A DNA stretch of 64,000 nucleotides from Candidatus Omnitrophota bacterium (GCA_018819285.1 JAHJQM010000029.1:280-64279), one strand, 5' to 3'; shown: positions 48,031 through 57,370, counted from the first letter of the stretch. Notes: generated by a model not told the origin, from the letters alone. Program-made: numbers and translations.

Positions 48031-49011
48031 TTAATGAATACACGATTTATCGTTAACCGCTTCTTTTGCTTTTTCCAGGACTTTTTTTTCTACATCTTCT
48101 ATTTTACCGAATACAGTGCAGCCGCTTGCGGTAGGATGGCCTCCGCCGCCAAATAACCCTGCGAGTTTATTTACATCCACTTTGCCTTTAGAGCGAAAAC
48201 TCGCCTTTACCCTGTCTTCAGTGCCGGTTTCTCTAAATAGAATCGCTATCTCTACTCCGTCTATCGACCGTGCAAAGTTTATGATGCCTTCCGTGCCTTC
48301 CAGAGACGCCTTTGTCTTTTTTAACATCTCTTTTGTAACCCATAGCCATGCGATTTTTCCATCCTCTGTAAGCTTCATTGTCTGAAGGGCTTCTCCCAGA
48401 AGATTTGTATCCTGCACGCTGCTTGTTTCGTAAATCTTAGTATGCATCTCGTACGGCTGGACGCCTATATCTATCAATTCTGCGACTACCCTGTGGGTCT
48501 TTGAAGATGTGTTAGAATACCTGAAAGATCCCGTATCAGTCATAATCGCGGCGTATAAAGCGATTGCATCGTCCAAATCTATCTTCACCTTAAACGCCTT
48601 GAATAAATCGTAAACCATTTCTCCCGCGCTTGAAAATTCCGGCTCTACCCAGTTGAATTTTCCGAAATTTATATTTGAGATGTGGTGGTCGATATTTATT
48701 ATTACCGCATCTTTTTTGATATATTCACTGACTCGCCCTATCCTGGCCAAGTCCGGAGAATCCAGGATAATAATCGCCTGATAATCAAAATCATGCGGCA
48801 TTTCTTTTGATATTTTCTCAGTGCCTTTTATAAATTGCAGCAGGCTAGGCACAGGACTGTCATCCAACATCACAGCAACCTTCCCTAATTTCCTAAGTAA
48901 AAATACCATTGCCACCTGGCTGCCTATTGCGTCAGCCTCTGGATTTATATGGCTTGTTATAAGAAATTTATTAAACTTCTTTATCGCCGCTTTGACTCTC
49001 CTTATGCTCAT
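48031..49011 (-). CDS. nrnA: DHH/DHHA1 phosphoesterase (NrnA-like bifunctional oligoribonuclease/pAp phosphatase)
   Basis: DHH motif NIDHHISN with a GGGH DHHA1-like C-terminal domain. Confidence 0.75.
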   Translation of the reverse strand: MSIRRVKAAIKKFNKFLITSHINPEADAIGSQVAMVFLLRKLGKVAVMLDDSPVPSLLQFIKGTEKISKEMPHDFDYQAIIILDSPDLARIGRVSEYIKKDAVIINIDHHISNINFGKFNWVEPEFSSAGEMVYDLFKAFKVKIDLDDAIALYAAIMTDTGSFRYSNTSSKTHRVVAELIDIGVQPYEMHTKIYETSSVQDTNLLGEALQTMKLTEDGKIAWLWVTKEMLKKTKASLEGTEGIINFARSIDGVEIAILFRETGTEDRVKASFRSKGKVDVNKLAGLFGGGGHPTASGCTVFGKIEDVEKKVLEKAKEAVNDKSCIH

Positions 49012-49345
49012 TTTTTATCCTTTCGAAGGTCTTTTCCAGGTTTATGCTATATTCTATTGAATTGTCCAATGTAAAATGAAGTTCTGGCACATACCTAAGA
49101 TTTATTCTTTCTGCGATGAGTTTTCTTATAAAGCCTTTGGCGCTTGTTATGCCTTTCAAGCCCTCTTTTTTAACCAAATCATCGCCCATGATGCTGAAAT
49201 AAATCCTAGCATACCTCAGGTCGCCAGTAAGCTCAATTCTAGTGATAGTTACAAAACCTATGCGCGGATCCTTCAGATCTTCCTGTAATATTTTTGAGAT
49301 TTCTTTTTTTAACTGGCCTTCCACTCTTTTTGATCGTATTCCCAT
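48971..49345 (-). CDS. rbfA: 30S ribosome-binding factor A
   Basis: RbfA KH-like fold: RIGFVTITRIELTGDLRYARIYFSIMG. Confidence 0.8.
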   Translation of the reverse strand: MGIRSKRVEGQLKKEISKILQEDLKDPRIGFVTITRIELTGDLRYARIYFSIMGDDLVKKEGLKGITSAKGFIRKLIAERINLRYVPELHFTLDNSIEYSINLEKTFERIKNEHKESQSGDKEV

Positions 49346-49361
49346 TTCCGCTCCTTATTTC

Positions 49362-50081
49362 TTATTCAAGACCAGGCCTTGGTCGCAAATTACTGTGCTC
49401 AAGACCTGGTCTTGAGCATACTAGTTTGCTGAATGTTTCCAAACATTTCTTAGGGTTTTTCTCTTTTAGGAATAGCTCTATCTCTTTTCTAATCCTGCCT
49501 ACATTCACTTCGCCTAGAAATCCACCTAGCACCGCTTCTTTCATGAGTTTTTTTGTGTGCGGCTCTATTTTAAAACCAAACCTCACTGAAAACCTCACAG
49601 CCCTGAAAATCCTGGTCGGGTCATCCATAAAACTTTTATCATGCAATACTCTTATCACGCCCTTTGTTAAATCTTTTTGGCCGCCGTAGAAATCCACTAA
49701 TCTGCCAAAGCCTTTTTTACCTATGGCCAAAGCCATTGCATTTATTGTAAAATCCCTTCTGAAGAGATCATCCTTTATCTTGCCAGGCTTTACAGTAGGA
49801 TACGCTGCCGGATATTTGTAAGTCTCTTTGCGCGCCGTAACAATATCTATTCTTTTCCCTTTAAGCTCTATGGTTGCTGTGCCAAACGCCTTGTATGTTA
49901 TTAATCTGCCCTTTAATTTTTTATTCAAAACTTCTGCAAACTTAATCCCATCCCCTTCTACTACAAAATCCAGGTCATAATTAGACATACCTAGCAGCTT
50001 ATCCCTCACAGGCCCGCCTACAATATACGCCTTTATCTTTAATCTATCCGCAATTTTTCCGACAATTTGCGTGACATCCAT
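49362..50081 (-). CDS. cca: CCA-adding / poly(A) polymerase head-domain protein, apparently truncated (239 aa); last 19 codons encoded by a REP-C palindrome
   Basis: YIVGGPVRDKLLG...DLDFVVEGD head motif and RRDFTINAMA neck motif are present, but the body and tail domains are absent. The C-terminus ...LVCSRPGLEHSNLRPRPGLE* is the translation of the palindrome at 49395-49418. Confidence 0.7.
   Translation of the reverse strand: MDVTQIVGKIADRLKIKAYIVGGPVRDKLLGMSNYDLDFVVEGDGIKFAEVLNKKLKGRLITYKAFGTATIELKGKRIDIVTARKETYKYPAAYPTVKPGKIKDDLFRRDFTINAMALAIGKKGFGRLVDFYGGQKDLTKGVIRVLHDKSFMDDPTRIFRAVRFSVRFGFKIEPHTKKLMKEAVLGGFLGEVNVGRIRKEIELFLKEKNPKKCLETFSKLVCSRPGLEHSNLRPRPGLE
49395..49418. repeat. REP-C palindrome copy 1 (gtgctcaagacctggtcttgagca), preceded by a half-copy tcaagaccagg at 49366-49376
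   Basis: 12-bp arms. Translated as part of the cca ORF. Confidence 0.75.
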
Positions 50082-50118
50082 AATTCACAATCTCTCAATT
50101 TTTTCAAACCTATCATAT

Positions 50119-50153
50119 AAGTTGACAAACTAACAATGTCAGTTTGTCAACTT
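50119..50153. repeat. REP-A copy 10 (aagttgacaaactaacaatgtcagtttgtcaactt); contains the stop of glycosyltransferase gene 50147..51283
   Basis: The gene ends ...GCA AGT TGA with TGA at 50147-50149. Confidence 0.85.
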
Positions 50154-51283
50154 GCTTGCGCCCGTGCTGTTACAAATTCTGCGATATTTTTAGCGGCATC
50201 GGGGTACCGGAGAAGCTTTATCCTGGTCCTGGTGCCTATTATTTTTTCAGGAGAAGTAGCAAATTCTTCTATCAACTCGCAAACCTCCCTGGTATTTTTT
50301 GCCTTTACAGCAGTCCCATATCCTGTTAAAATTTTGCAATTTCTTGTTTCCTGGCCAAGTATCGGCTGGACTATTATCATTGGCAAGATCTTTGAAAGCG
50401 CCTCCGAGATAGTCAGGCCGCCCGGCTTTGTAATTATTATATCGCTTACTTCCATAAATTCATCCACATTATTCATATAACCAAAGGCCTTTAACTTTAC
50501 TTTGAGGCCCTGAGTCATTTTTCTTAACTCATGAAACAAAAGTTCGTTTTTGCCGCAGATCGCGATTAATTGCATATTGTCCCTTGTTTCAGGATCCAGA
50601 TCGTTTATCTCTGTAACTATTTCCTTCATAGGCCCTGTGCCGAATCCCCCGCTCATTATAAGCACATTGAAAAATCCAGGCTCTATGCCCAACTGCTTTA
50701 TTAAATTTTCCCTGCCCTTTGAAATGCTGAACACAGGGTCGCATGGAATGCCCATAATCCTGATCTTTTCTTCAGGCACACCGCGCTTTAAAAGATCTTT
50801 CTTGGTCCTCTGAATAGCCCCTATGAAATAATCGCTGGACCTGGCCATCCAGAAAGAATGCGCTATAAAATCCGTCACCACATTTACCAGTTTTCCTCTG
50901 AACTCTCCGCTTTCTTTAAGCCCGGAAATAATCTCACTCGGCATAAAATGCGTTGAAACTATCACGTCAGGGTTTTCAGCTTTTACAAACTCTATAAATT
51001 TTTTGCAATTCAGCCTATGTATAAACTTTCTCAATGGCGCCATGAAGAAATCCACAACCCTGGCGTCCAATAAATAATAAAACAGCCCCCACAGAGTAGG
51101 CGTCTTATTTATAAGAAATAAGTAGACGCCGGGATAAGAGGCCTTAAAAAAATCATTAGTATAATCCAGGACGTCTATATTCTTAACCTTGACATTCGGA
51201 ACGCTAGCCAAAGCTTTTTCTATCGCCAGGGCTGCTTTTTTATGCCCCACTCCCGCATATGCGTATGTAATAAGTATTTTCAT
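50147..51283 (-). CDS. GT28-family glycolipid synthase (MGDG synthase / UgtP-like)
   Basis: MKILITYAYAGVGHKKAALAIEKAL at the N-terminus and a GT-B C-terminal half. Confidence 0.7.
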   Translation of the reverse strand: MKILITYAYAGVGHKKAALAIEKALASVPNVKVKNIDVLDYTNDFFKASYPGVYLFLINKTPTLWGLFYYLLDARVVDFFMAPLRKFIHRLNCKKFIEFVKAENPDVIVSTHFMPSEIISGLKESGEFRGKLVNVVTDFIAHSFWMARSSDYFIGAIQRTKKDLLKRGVPEEKIRIMGIPCDPVFSISKGRENLIKQLGIEPGFFNVLIMSGGFGTGPMKEIVTEINDLDPETRDNMQLIAICGKNELLFHELRKMTQGLKVKLKAFGYMNNVDEFMEVSDIIITKPGGLTISEALSKILPMIIVQPILGQETRNCKILTGYGTAVKAKNTREVCELIEEFATSPEKIIGTRTRIKLLRYPDAAKNIAEFVTARAQAS

Positions 51284-51293
51284 ATATTATTTT

Positions 51294-51962
51294 CTATTCC
51301 AATAGCTTTTGGGATAAACTATGCAATTCTGTATTAGCCAAAGCTAATATCTTCTTTTTCACAGCTCTGGAAAAATATTCTTTTTCAGTTTTGGTTAACT
51401 TTTCCTTTTTTAATTTTTTAAAAAATAATTCTTTCTGCTTGGGGGAAAATACCTGGGATAAAGCATATTCAAGCCCTAACTCATTTTTAACTGCTACTAA
51501 TTCTTTCAATCTTGCTTGCGATTGACTAAAATAATTAGTAAACACCGCCTTTAGCCTATGCGTAGACATTCTATAGTTACCAACCTGCAGTTCATCAGAA
51601 TTTTTTAAACTATCTAAAAACCTTTCTGATTCTTTTTTGCTAGCACCTGCGAGAGATTTATACAATCCATCAGTCCATGTAAATTTTAAATTAAAGAATT
51701 TATATAGCGCAAGCGACAGCACTAATAACTTTGCCAGACATGATTTATCGACAGGTTCTTTTAAATACAGGCTGGCCTTTTTATAATCAAATAATCCTTT
51801 TTCTGCACTATTGGCTAACACAACCGGAAATCCTTCCCACAGTCGAAGGTCTTTTGTTTTAACCATGTCTGCCAAGGTTAAATTTACCTTTTTATCCTCT
51901 TCCGCTTCAAAAAGCGGAAAGCCTAAATCACCGACTCTCTTTAAAAGATTATCGTTTTTCAT
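51294..51962 (-). CDS. hypothetical protein, downstream partner of the nucleotidyltransferase-fold gene
   Basis: 222-aa ORF. Only 2 nt from the upstream gene, suggesting co-translation. Confidence 0.4.
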   Translation of the reverse strand: MKNDNLLKRVGDLGFPLFEAEEDKKVNLTLADMVKTKDLRLWEGFPVVLANSAEKGLFDYKKASLYLKEPVDKSCLAKLLVLSLALYKFFNLKFTWTDGLYKSLAGASKKESERFLDSLKNSDELQVGNYRMSTHRLKAVFTNYFSQSQARLKELVAVKNELGLEYALSQVFSPKQKELFFKKLKKEKLTKTEKEYFSRAVKKKILALANTELHSLSQKLLE

Positions 51963-51964
51963 TA

Positions 51965-52540
51965 TTATCTCTCTTCTTTAACAGTCTTTAAAAAATGCTC
52001 CAAATTTTTATTTACCCTATCTTCTGAAACGTCAAAAGAAGCTGTTTCTTTAAAGCGTTTTTCTAAATGCTTTATATCTATCTCGTTCTTTTTGCTTCTC
52101 AATAACATAAGACAGTCTTCTATATCTACGCTAGTAGCCCTGAAAAGTTTGGTTATTATAATGTCATAATAATTTAAAACACCTAAATAGATTCTATCGA
52201 ACTCCTTTACTAAAATATGTTTATCTTTACTCAAAGGGCTTTCCAATAATTCTGTAGTATGCACAAACTTCCCCCTAAACAAATCAAAAATAAAGCCATC
52301 TTCTCTTGACCAACCAGAACCACTAGCAGATTTATAACCAAGCTGTTTTAAAATATCTATAAGATAATCATGTTCGTTTAAATCAGGAACTATTAAATCT
52401 ATATCCTTGGTGGATGCCTTTACCCCTAAAAGCGTCAAGGCAGTTCCTCCACAAGCAATTAAACGAACATCTCTCTTAAGAAACCCACTCCATGTGCTGA
52501 GACTATCCATTAAACCTTGCTTATCTATTCTATATTCCAT
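51965..52540 (-). CDS. nucleotidyltransferase-fold protein (AbiEii/DUF1814-like GGTAL...DIDL motif)
   Basis: IACGGTALTLLGVKASTKDIDLIV is a Pol-beta-type NTase signature. May form a toxin-antitoxin or Abi-like pair with 51294..51962. Confidence 0.45.
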   Translation of the reverse strand: MEYRIDKQGLMDSLSTWSGFLKRDVRLIACGGTALTLLGVKASTKDIDLIVPDLNEHDYLIDILKQLGYKSASGSGWSREDGFIFDLFRGKFVHTTELLESPLSKDKHILVKEFDRIYLGVLNYYDIIITKLFRATSVDIEDCLMLLRSKKNEIDIKHLEKRFKETASFDVSEDRVNKNLEHFLKTVKEER

Positions 52541-52751
52541 ACAATTATTTGTATATATTTATACAATTCTCTGTATTAAAGTATACAATATATATCCTTA
52601 TTTGTCAATAGCTATTAAAATAATGCGTAAATAAACGGCGCGACTGCTGATGACTGAGTAAAGAATATTAACAGGCCTAATAACAAAAGCACTATTACTA
52701 TCGGCATCATCCACCAGAGTTTCCTCTGCCAAAGAAACCTAAAAAGCTCTC

Positions 52752-53306
52752 CTAAGATTTTTGTTCGTCCTTTAATACCCATTTTACAGCCTCCGTCAGG
52801 TTATTCATTATAAAATCAGGTTTGTGTTGCCATATCTTCGCGTCTTCCTGGGTTTCTTTGCCTGTAAGAAGTAAAATCGTTTTACAGCCCATATTTTTGC
52901 CTGCGCCCACATCAAGCCTTGAGTCGCCTATAAAATACGCCTTTTTAAAATCTATATCCAGGCCTTTTGTAACATTTTTTATCTGGCCTGTATTGGGTTT
53001 CCTGCAGTCGCATCCTGCATTGCTAGCGTGAGTGCAATATGAAATTGACCGGATTTTTCCGCCTTTTGCATTAATCTCCTTAAGCATATTCGCGGTAATC
53101 TCATCCAGCGACTCTTTTGAAAAAAGCCCTCTTGCCACGCCTGCCTGGTTGGATATTACAAATATCTCGTAGCCATGTTCATTGAGGAGTTTTATGGCAT
53201 CTATCGCGCCTGGCAGAAATTCAAATTCCGCCCAAGATTTTATATAATCCCCAAACCCGGGATCTCTATTTATTACGCCGTCTCTATCTAAAAAAATAGC
53301 TTTCAT
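52752..53306 (-). CDS. gmhB: D,D-heptose 1,7-bisphosphate phosphatase (HAD-IIIA)
   Basis: FLDRDGVIN, the Zn site CTHASNAGCDCRKP and GDSRLD. Confidence 0.75.
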   Translation of the reverse strand: MKAIFLDRDGVINRDPGFGDYIKSWAEFEFLPGAIDAIKLLNEHGYEIFVISNQAGVARGLFSKESLDEITANMLKEINAKGGKIRSISYCTHASNAGCDCRKPNTGQIKNVTKGLDIDFKKAYFIGDSRLDVGAGKNMGCKTILLLTGKETQEDAKIWQHKPDFIMNNLTEAVKWVLKDEQKS

Positions 53307-54343
53307 ATAAAAAATTTATTGTTAGCGCCTACCCATTCTATTAATTTCTCGAGCCCCTTCTCTACAGTAACGCCTGGTTTCCAACTCAAAGTCTTCGAGA
53401 CCTTGGAGATATCTGAGATATACACTTTCTGGTCGCTCGGCCTCCAGGATTTATATTCTATTTTCCTGAATTTAATGCCGGTTTTCTGTTCCACAAGGCC
53501 AATAAACTCCAGAAGCGACGTGGTGTTCCTGGGGCCTCCGCCGATATTAAACACGTCATGTTTTATATCGCTATTTATAAATTTATCATACGCCTCCACC
53601 AAATCGTCTACATACAATAAATCCCTTACCTGTTTTCCGTCTCCATAAATAATAATATCCTGCCCTGTGAGATTTGCTATGACAAACCACGCCACCCAGC
53701 CCTGGTCTTCAAAGCCAAACTGCCTTGTGCCGTAGATACACGACATGCGGAATACAGCTGTCTTCATGCCATACATATGGCCGTATTCCTGGGTATAAAT
53801 ATCGCCTGTATATTTTGAAGCGCCATAAGGCGTATGGCCTGTCAGATCTACGCTCAATTCCTCAGAAACGCCTTTTTTGCTCTTATACACATATCTCGTC
53901 TCTTCTTCCTCTAATGAAATTTGATCTACATTTTCTCCGTAAATTTTATTTGTAGAACAATATATAAACGCCGCTTTAGGGCAAACCTTTCTCACACACT
54001 CCAGGACATTTAATGTACCATACGCATTTATGCTAAAATCTTCTTTCGGGATTTTCATGGAAAGGGGCACTCCTGGCTGGCCCGCGGTATGTATTACAGC
54101 ATCCACGCCATTTCCCAAGGCCTTCATTATATCCTGCTCTTCTCTAACATCTCCTTTTATACGTTTTATATTGTCAAACTGCGCCAGATAGTTCCAGTTA
54201 AACTCCACGCTGTCTTTATTGTATCCGAACAAGCTTGAGCGCATAAGATTATCCAGCACAATAACCTCATCGCCTTTTTTAGCGTAATATTCCGCTGCAT
54301 GCGAACCTACTAAACCCGCGCCGCCTGTCACTAAGATTTTCAT
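53303..54343 (-). CDS. NAD-dependent sugar epimerase/dehydratase (extended SDR)
   Basis: MKILVTGGAGLVGSH and YxxxK. Confidence 0.75.
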   Translation of the reverse strand: MKILVTGGAGLVGSHAAEYYAKKGDEVIVLDNLMRSSLFGYNKDSVEFNWNYLAQFDNIKRIKGDVREEQDIMKALGNGVDAVIHTAGQPGVPLSMKIPKEDFSINAYGTLNVLECVRKVCPKAAFIYCSTNKIYGENVDQISLEEEETRYVYKSKKGVSEELSVDLTGHTPYGASKYTGDIYTQEYGHMYGMKTAVFRMSCIYGTRQFGFEDQGWVAWFVIANLTGQDIIIYGDGKQVRDLLYVDDLVEAYDKFINSDIKHDVFNIGGGPRNTTSLLEFIGLVEQKTGIKFRKIEYKSWRPSDQKVYISDISKVSKTLSWKPGVTVEKGLEKLIEWVGANNKFFI

Positions 54344-54360
54344 TTTTCTCCCTTCAAGAT

Positions 54361-55692
54361 CTAATTGCGCCTGGCCATATAAATACAGCCTTCTGTTTTT
54401 ACAAATCGTATTGTTTTACTATTTGTTATTTCATCTACTGCCTTTTTCACATCAGGTTCATCTCTGTAATCATGAAAGCACACAAAGCCATTCTTTTTTA
54501 CTAGGGGTATCCAGTCCTGGATATCCCGGGTTACGCCTTTGTAAGAATGATCCCCGTCGATCCATAAGAAATCTATTTTTCTATGTTCCGGCCAACCCTT
54601 CCGCACATCATAAGAATAACCCCTTAAAGGCGTTATTTTATTCTTATAAGGCTCTATGTTTTTTAAAAAATCCGGAAATACATCCTGCCTTTCGCCTCCC
54701 ATGCAGTCATTAAACCAGGTATCTACTGTATAAAAACTGCAATTCTTGGCGCGGATCCCTTCAGCTATAAAACAGGTTGATTTCCCCTTAAAAGCTCCGA
54801 TTTCAAGTATGACTGAATTATCTTTAAGAGATTTGGCTATATTGAAGACCAGATAGCCTTCATTTAATCCAAAATGCCCGTCTATTTTATCTATTTCTTT
54901 CATCCTCTTGCGGCCACGTCCAGGTAATCTGTTCTTGAGCTCCCGGTATTTTACATAGCTGAAGATCTGATAAAGCGCGCTGTTCATAGCTACTACAAAA
55001 CCTACTAAGCCGTCTTTATAGCCTTTTTTTCCAATATAAGTCCTGAAAAATCTGTCGGTTGTTTTCCAGAGTATCAGGCCTGCGCACACTTTACGGCCTT
55101 CATTAAACCATTTTTGCGCCTCTAAAGTAGTCTGGCCATTAAGACCTCTGAATAGCTCTGCGAAATCCTCATAACCTTTATGGATAATATCGCTATTCAA
55201 CCTGCCGCATCTGCCTTTATAAAAAACTCTTGGATGCACGCCAACTTCTTCATATTTAAATTCATCTTTCTTGAAAAGCCTGTCTTTTCTTCCGGGATAC
55301 CAGCCACCGTGCCTTACCCAGTAATTTCCTATATAAGTCCTTAATGGTACATTGTAAACCACGTGATCATCTGATTGAATCGCGACGTTAATCTCTTCTT
55401 TTAACTCAGGAGTCACTTCTTCGTCCGCGTCCAGGCTCAATACCCATTCATTTTTCGCCCTTTGATATGCCCAGTTTCTGTGGACGCCTTCTATGTCCAT
55501 GTGGCGCTGAAATACAATAGCGCCATTAGCCTTGGCAATCTCCACAGTCTTATCGGTACTAAAATCATCCACCACTATATGCTCGTCTGCCCAGCCTTTC
55601 GCGCTATTGATACACGCGGCAATATTGGCTTCTTCGTTCTTCGCGATTGTGACCACTGAAAGTTTTTTTAACATATACGCTCCCGCTCTCAA
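54361..55692 (-). CDS. fusion protein: N-terminal GT2 glycosyltransferase + C-terminal TylF/macrocin-O-methyltransferase-like SAM methyltransferase
   Basis: LSVVTIAKNEEANI...VVDDFSTDKT is GT2. EIGAFKGKST...WIDGDHSYKGVTRD is TylF-like. Confidence 0.7.
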   Translation of the reverse strand: MRAGAYMLKKLSVVTIAKNEEANIAACINSAKGWADEHIVVDDFSTDKTVEIAKANGAIVFQRHMDIEGVHRNWAYQRAKNEWVLSLDADEEVTPELKEEINVAIQSDDHVVYNVPLRTYIGNYWVRHGGWYPGRKDRLFKKDEFKYEEVGVHPRVFYKGRCGRLNSDIIHKGYEDFAELFRGLNGQTTLEAQKWFNEGRKVCAGLILWKTTDRFFRTYIGKKGYKDGLVGFVVAMNSALYQIFSYVKYRELKNRLPGRGRKRMKEIDKIDGHFGLNEGYLVFNIAKSLKDNSVILEIGAFKGKSTCFIAEGIRAKNCSFYTVDTWFNDCMGGERQDVFPDFLKNIEPYKNKITPLRGYSYDVRKGWPEHRKIDFLWIDGDHSYKGVTRDIQDWIPLVKKNGFVCFHDYRDEPDVKKAVDEITNSKTIRFVKTEGCIYMARRN

Positions 55693-55722
55693 ACAACTAT
55701 AAAAACTACAATGCTGAAATGT

Positions 55723-57360
55723 CTACTTTTTTTCAAGAATGTTAACTGTTGAAAAAGACTTTTTTATTTCGTAATCTTCCTGCAAAAATTGATCCATTGC
55801 TTTAAGATACTTGCCAATGGTAGACGCGTATGGTTTCAGCCTTGCATATTCTTTGGCACAGATTATAAACCTGGGCCTTGCGCTTTTTAGCTCCGCAAGC
55901 ATTCCTTCAAACCATCCCACGTCCATGAAAGACAGTTCAGCGCAATAAAATCTTCCTACCGAAGGCCTGTCAGTAAGAAAATTATAAGCCCCTAAATCCG
56001 TAAAAGTAAAAACCGGCTCTCTGCTCCGAGCGTGAGAAACAATATACTCCACTACGCTGTCTATTTCCATGGCCTGGGATCCGGGCGCTATTATGCCTCT
56101 GGCGCGGACTGATTTAAGAGGCGCTGGATTCGGATCTGCGTAGGGTATTGGAGCGTGCTTATTATACAATATCATGCTTTTAAATTCTTTAAAAATAAAA
56201 AACCTCCTGGTGTACTTGCTTACAGAAAAACCCAAGGCATATGCCGGCAAAACAAATAAAAGAAGAATAATCAACGCTTTCTTTAAACCCTGCGCCCCTT
56301 GTTTCAGATCCCTGCAGCGCATATAAAATCGCTCCAGATAAAAAAACATCACTAATAATAAAGGCTGGAGCGCCATCCTGTAAGGAGGACCTTCTATGCT
56401 CCTGAACGCGCCTTTGTACAACAGGGACCCATAAATCGCTATCGCCAATATTGAGCTATCAAAAACATCGAATTTTCTTTTTACAAATCTTCGGAATAAA
56501 TAAACGCCTACCATAACATAGAAGAAAAATGGCAGCGTATATTTAAAATTATGGCTTAACGGAGAAAGCGCCATGAGAAACTCCTTTAAATTCATCGGCG
56601 TCTCAAAACTAAGCGCAGGATTAAACACCTTCACCATTTTCGTCAAAACCACGCGTACTCCATCCGCATAAAGGAAAAAAGCATTATTCAAAAATAAATA
56701 TAGGATAAACGGAAGCGACGCGGTAATGTTTCCAGCGATATAAATTAAAATATGCCTGAAAGCGGCCTTTGTATCTTTCGTTACCGCATATCCATGCAAA
56801 AGAAGCGCGATTATAATAGAAATAAAACTGAAAACCCCCATCTCTGAACTTGTCCAGAAGGCAAAGCTGGTTAATATCCCTGAAAGTAAAAGCTGTACAG
56901 GTTTTTTGTTTCTCAGAAAATTTACAGCCAATAATATCCCGAATATACCAAACCCGAACCTTATTCCGCCCCATACGTTAAAACAGGACCACGGAAAAGT
57001 TCTGGCTATTAAAACCAGCGTAAAAAGATAAACAAAACCTCTTGTCCTGTATAGCCTCAGCGCAAAAAGCGCATATATAAAAAGGGTTACTACTGTCCCA
57101 AAATAAAAATATGCGTTCAGCGCGCCTATATGCATCCCGAAAAACCTCATTAAGAAAGCTGGCATGAATATTTCAAGCGGCCCTCTTAAAATAAAGATAT
57201 CTCTGCACAGAATCTTCCCATGAAATAACTCGTTAATCTGAGGCAGGTATAGCCCTATCTCAAATAAATTTATCCCCCCATGCATAAAATACGGCTCGAG
57301 CGTGACAAACGACACTAAAACCGCCAGCAAAGAGATGTCTAATGCGCTATATTTTTTCAA
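55723..57360 (-). CDS. polytopic membrane protein, possibly GT-C-type glycosyltransferase or glycan polymerase
   Basis: More than 10 predicted TM segments with a soluble C-terminal domain. No specific motif recognised. Confidence 0.45.
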   Translation of the reverse strand: MKKYSALDISLLAVLVSFVTLEPYFMHGGINLFEIGLYLPQINELFHGKILCRDIFILRGPLEIFMPAFLMRFFGMHIGALNAYFYFGTVVTLFIYALFALRLYRTRGFVYLFTLVLIARTFPWSCFNVWGGIRFGFGIFGILLAVNFLRNKKPVQLLLSGILTSFAFWTSSEMGVFSFISIIIALLLHGYAVTKDTKAAFRHILIYIAGNITASLPFILYLFLNNAFFLYADGVRVVLTKMVKVFNPALSFETPMNLKEFLMALSPLSHNFKYTLPFFFYVMVGVYLFRRFVKRKFDVFDSSILAIAIYGSLLYKGAFRSIEGPPYRMALQPLLLVMFFYLERFYMRCRDLKQGAQGLKKALIILLLFVLPAYALGFSVSKYTRRFFIFKEFKSMILYNKHAPIPYADPNPAPLKSVRARGIIAPGSQAMEIDSVVEYIVSHARSREPVFTFTDLGAYNFLTDRPSVGRFYCAELSFMDVGWFEGMLAELKSARPRFIICAKEYARLKPYASTIGKYLKAMDQFLQEDYEIKKSFSTVNILEKK

Positions 57361-57370
57361 AACCTGACCC

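Noticed and set aside
9341-50153. Possibility that the repeated AAGTTGACA...TGTCAACTT elements are a CRISPR array or a regulator regulon
   Set aside because: Copies are palindromic, irregularly spaced over 40 kb, have no unique spacers between regular repeats and no cas genes. Their 3'-end placement and adjacent Y1 transposase fit REP elements better. A role as binding sites for the adjacent XRE protein cannot be excluded, but their position after stop codons rather than in promoters argues against it.
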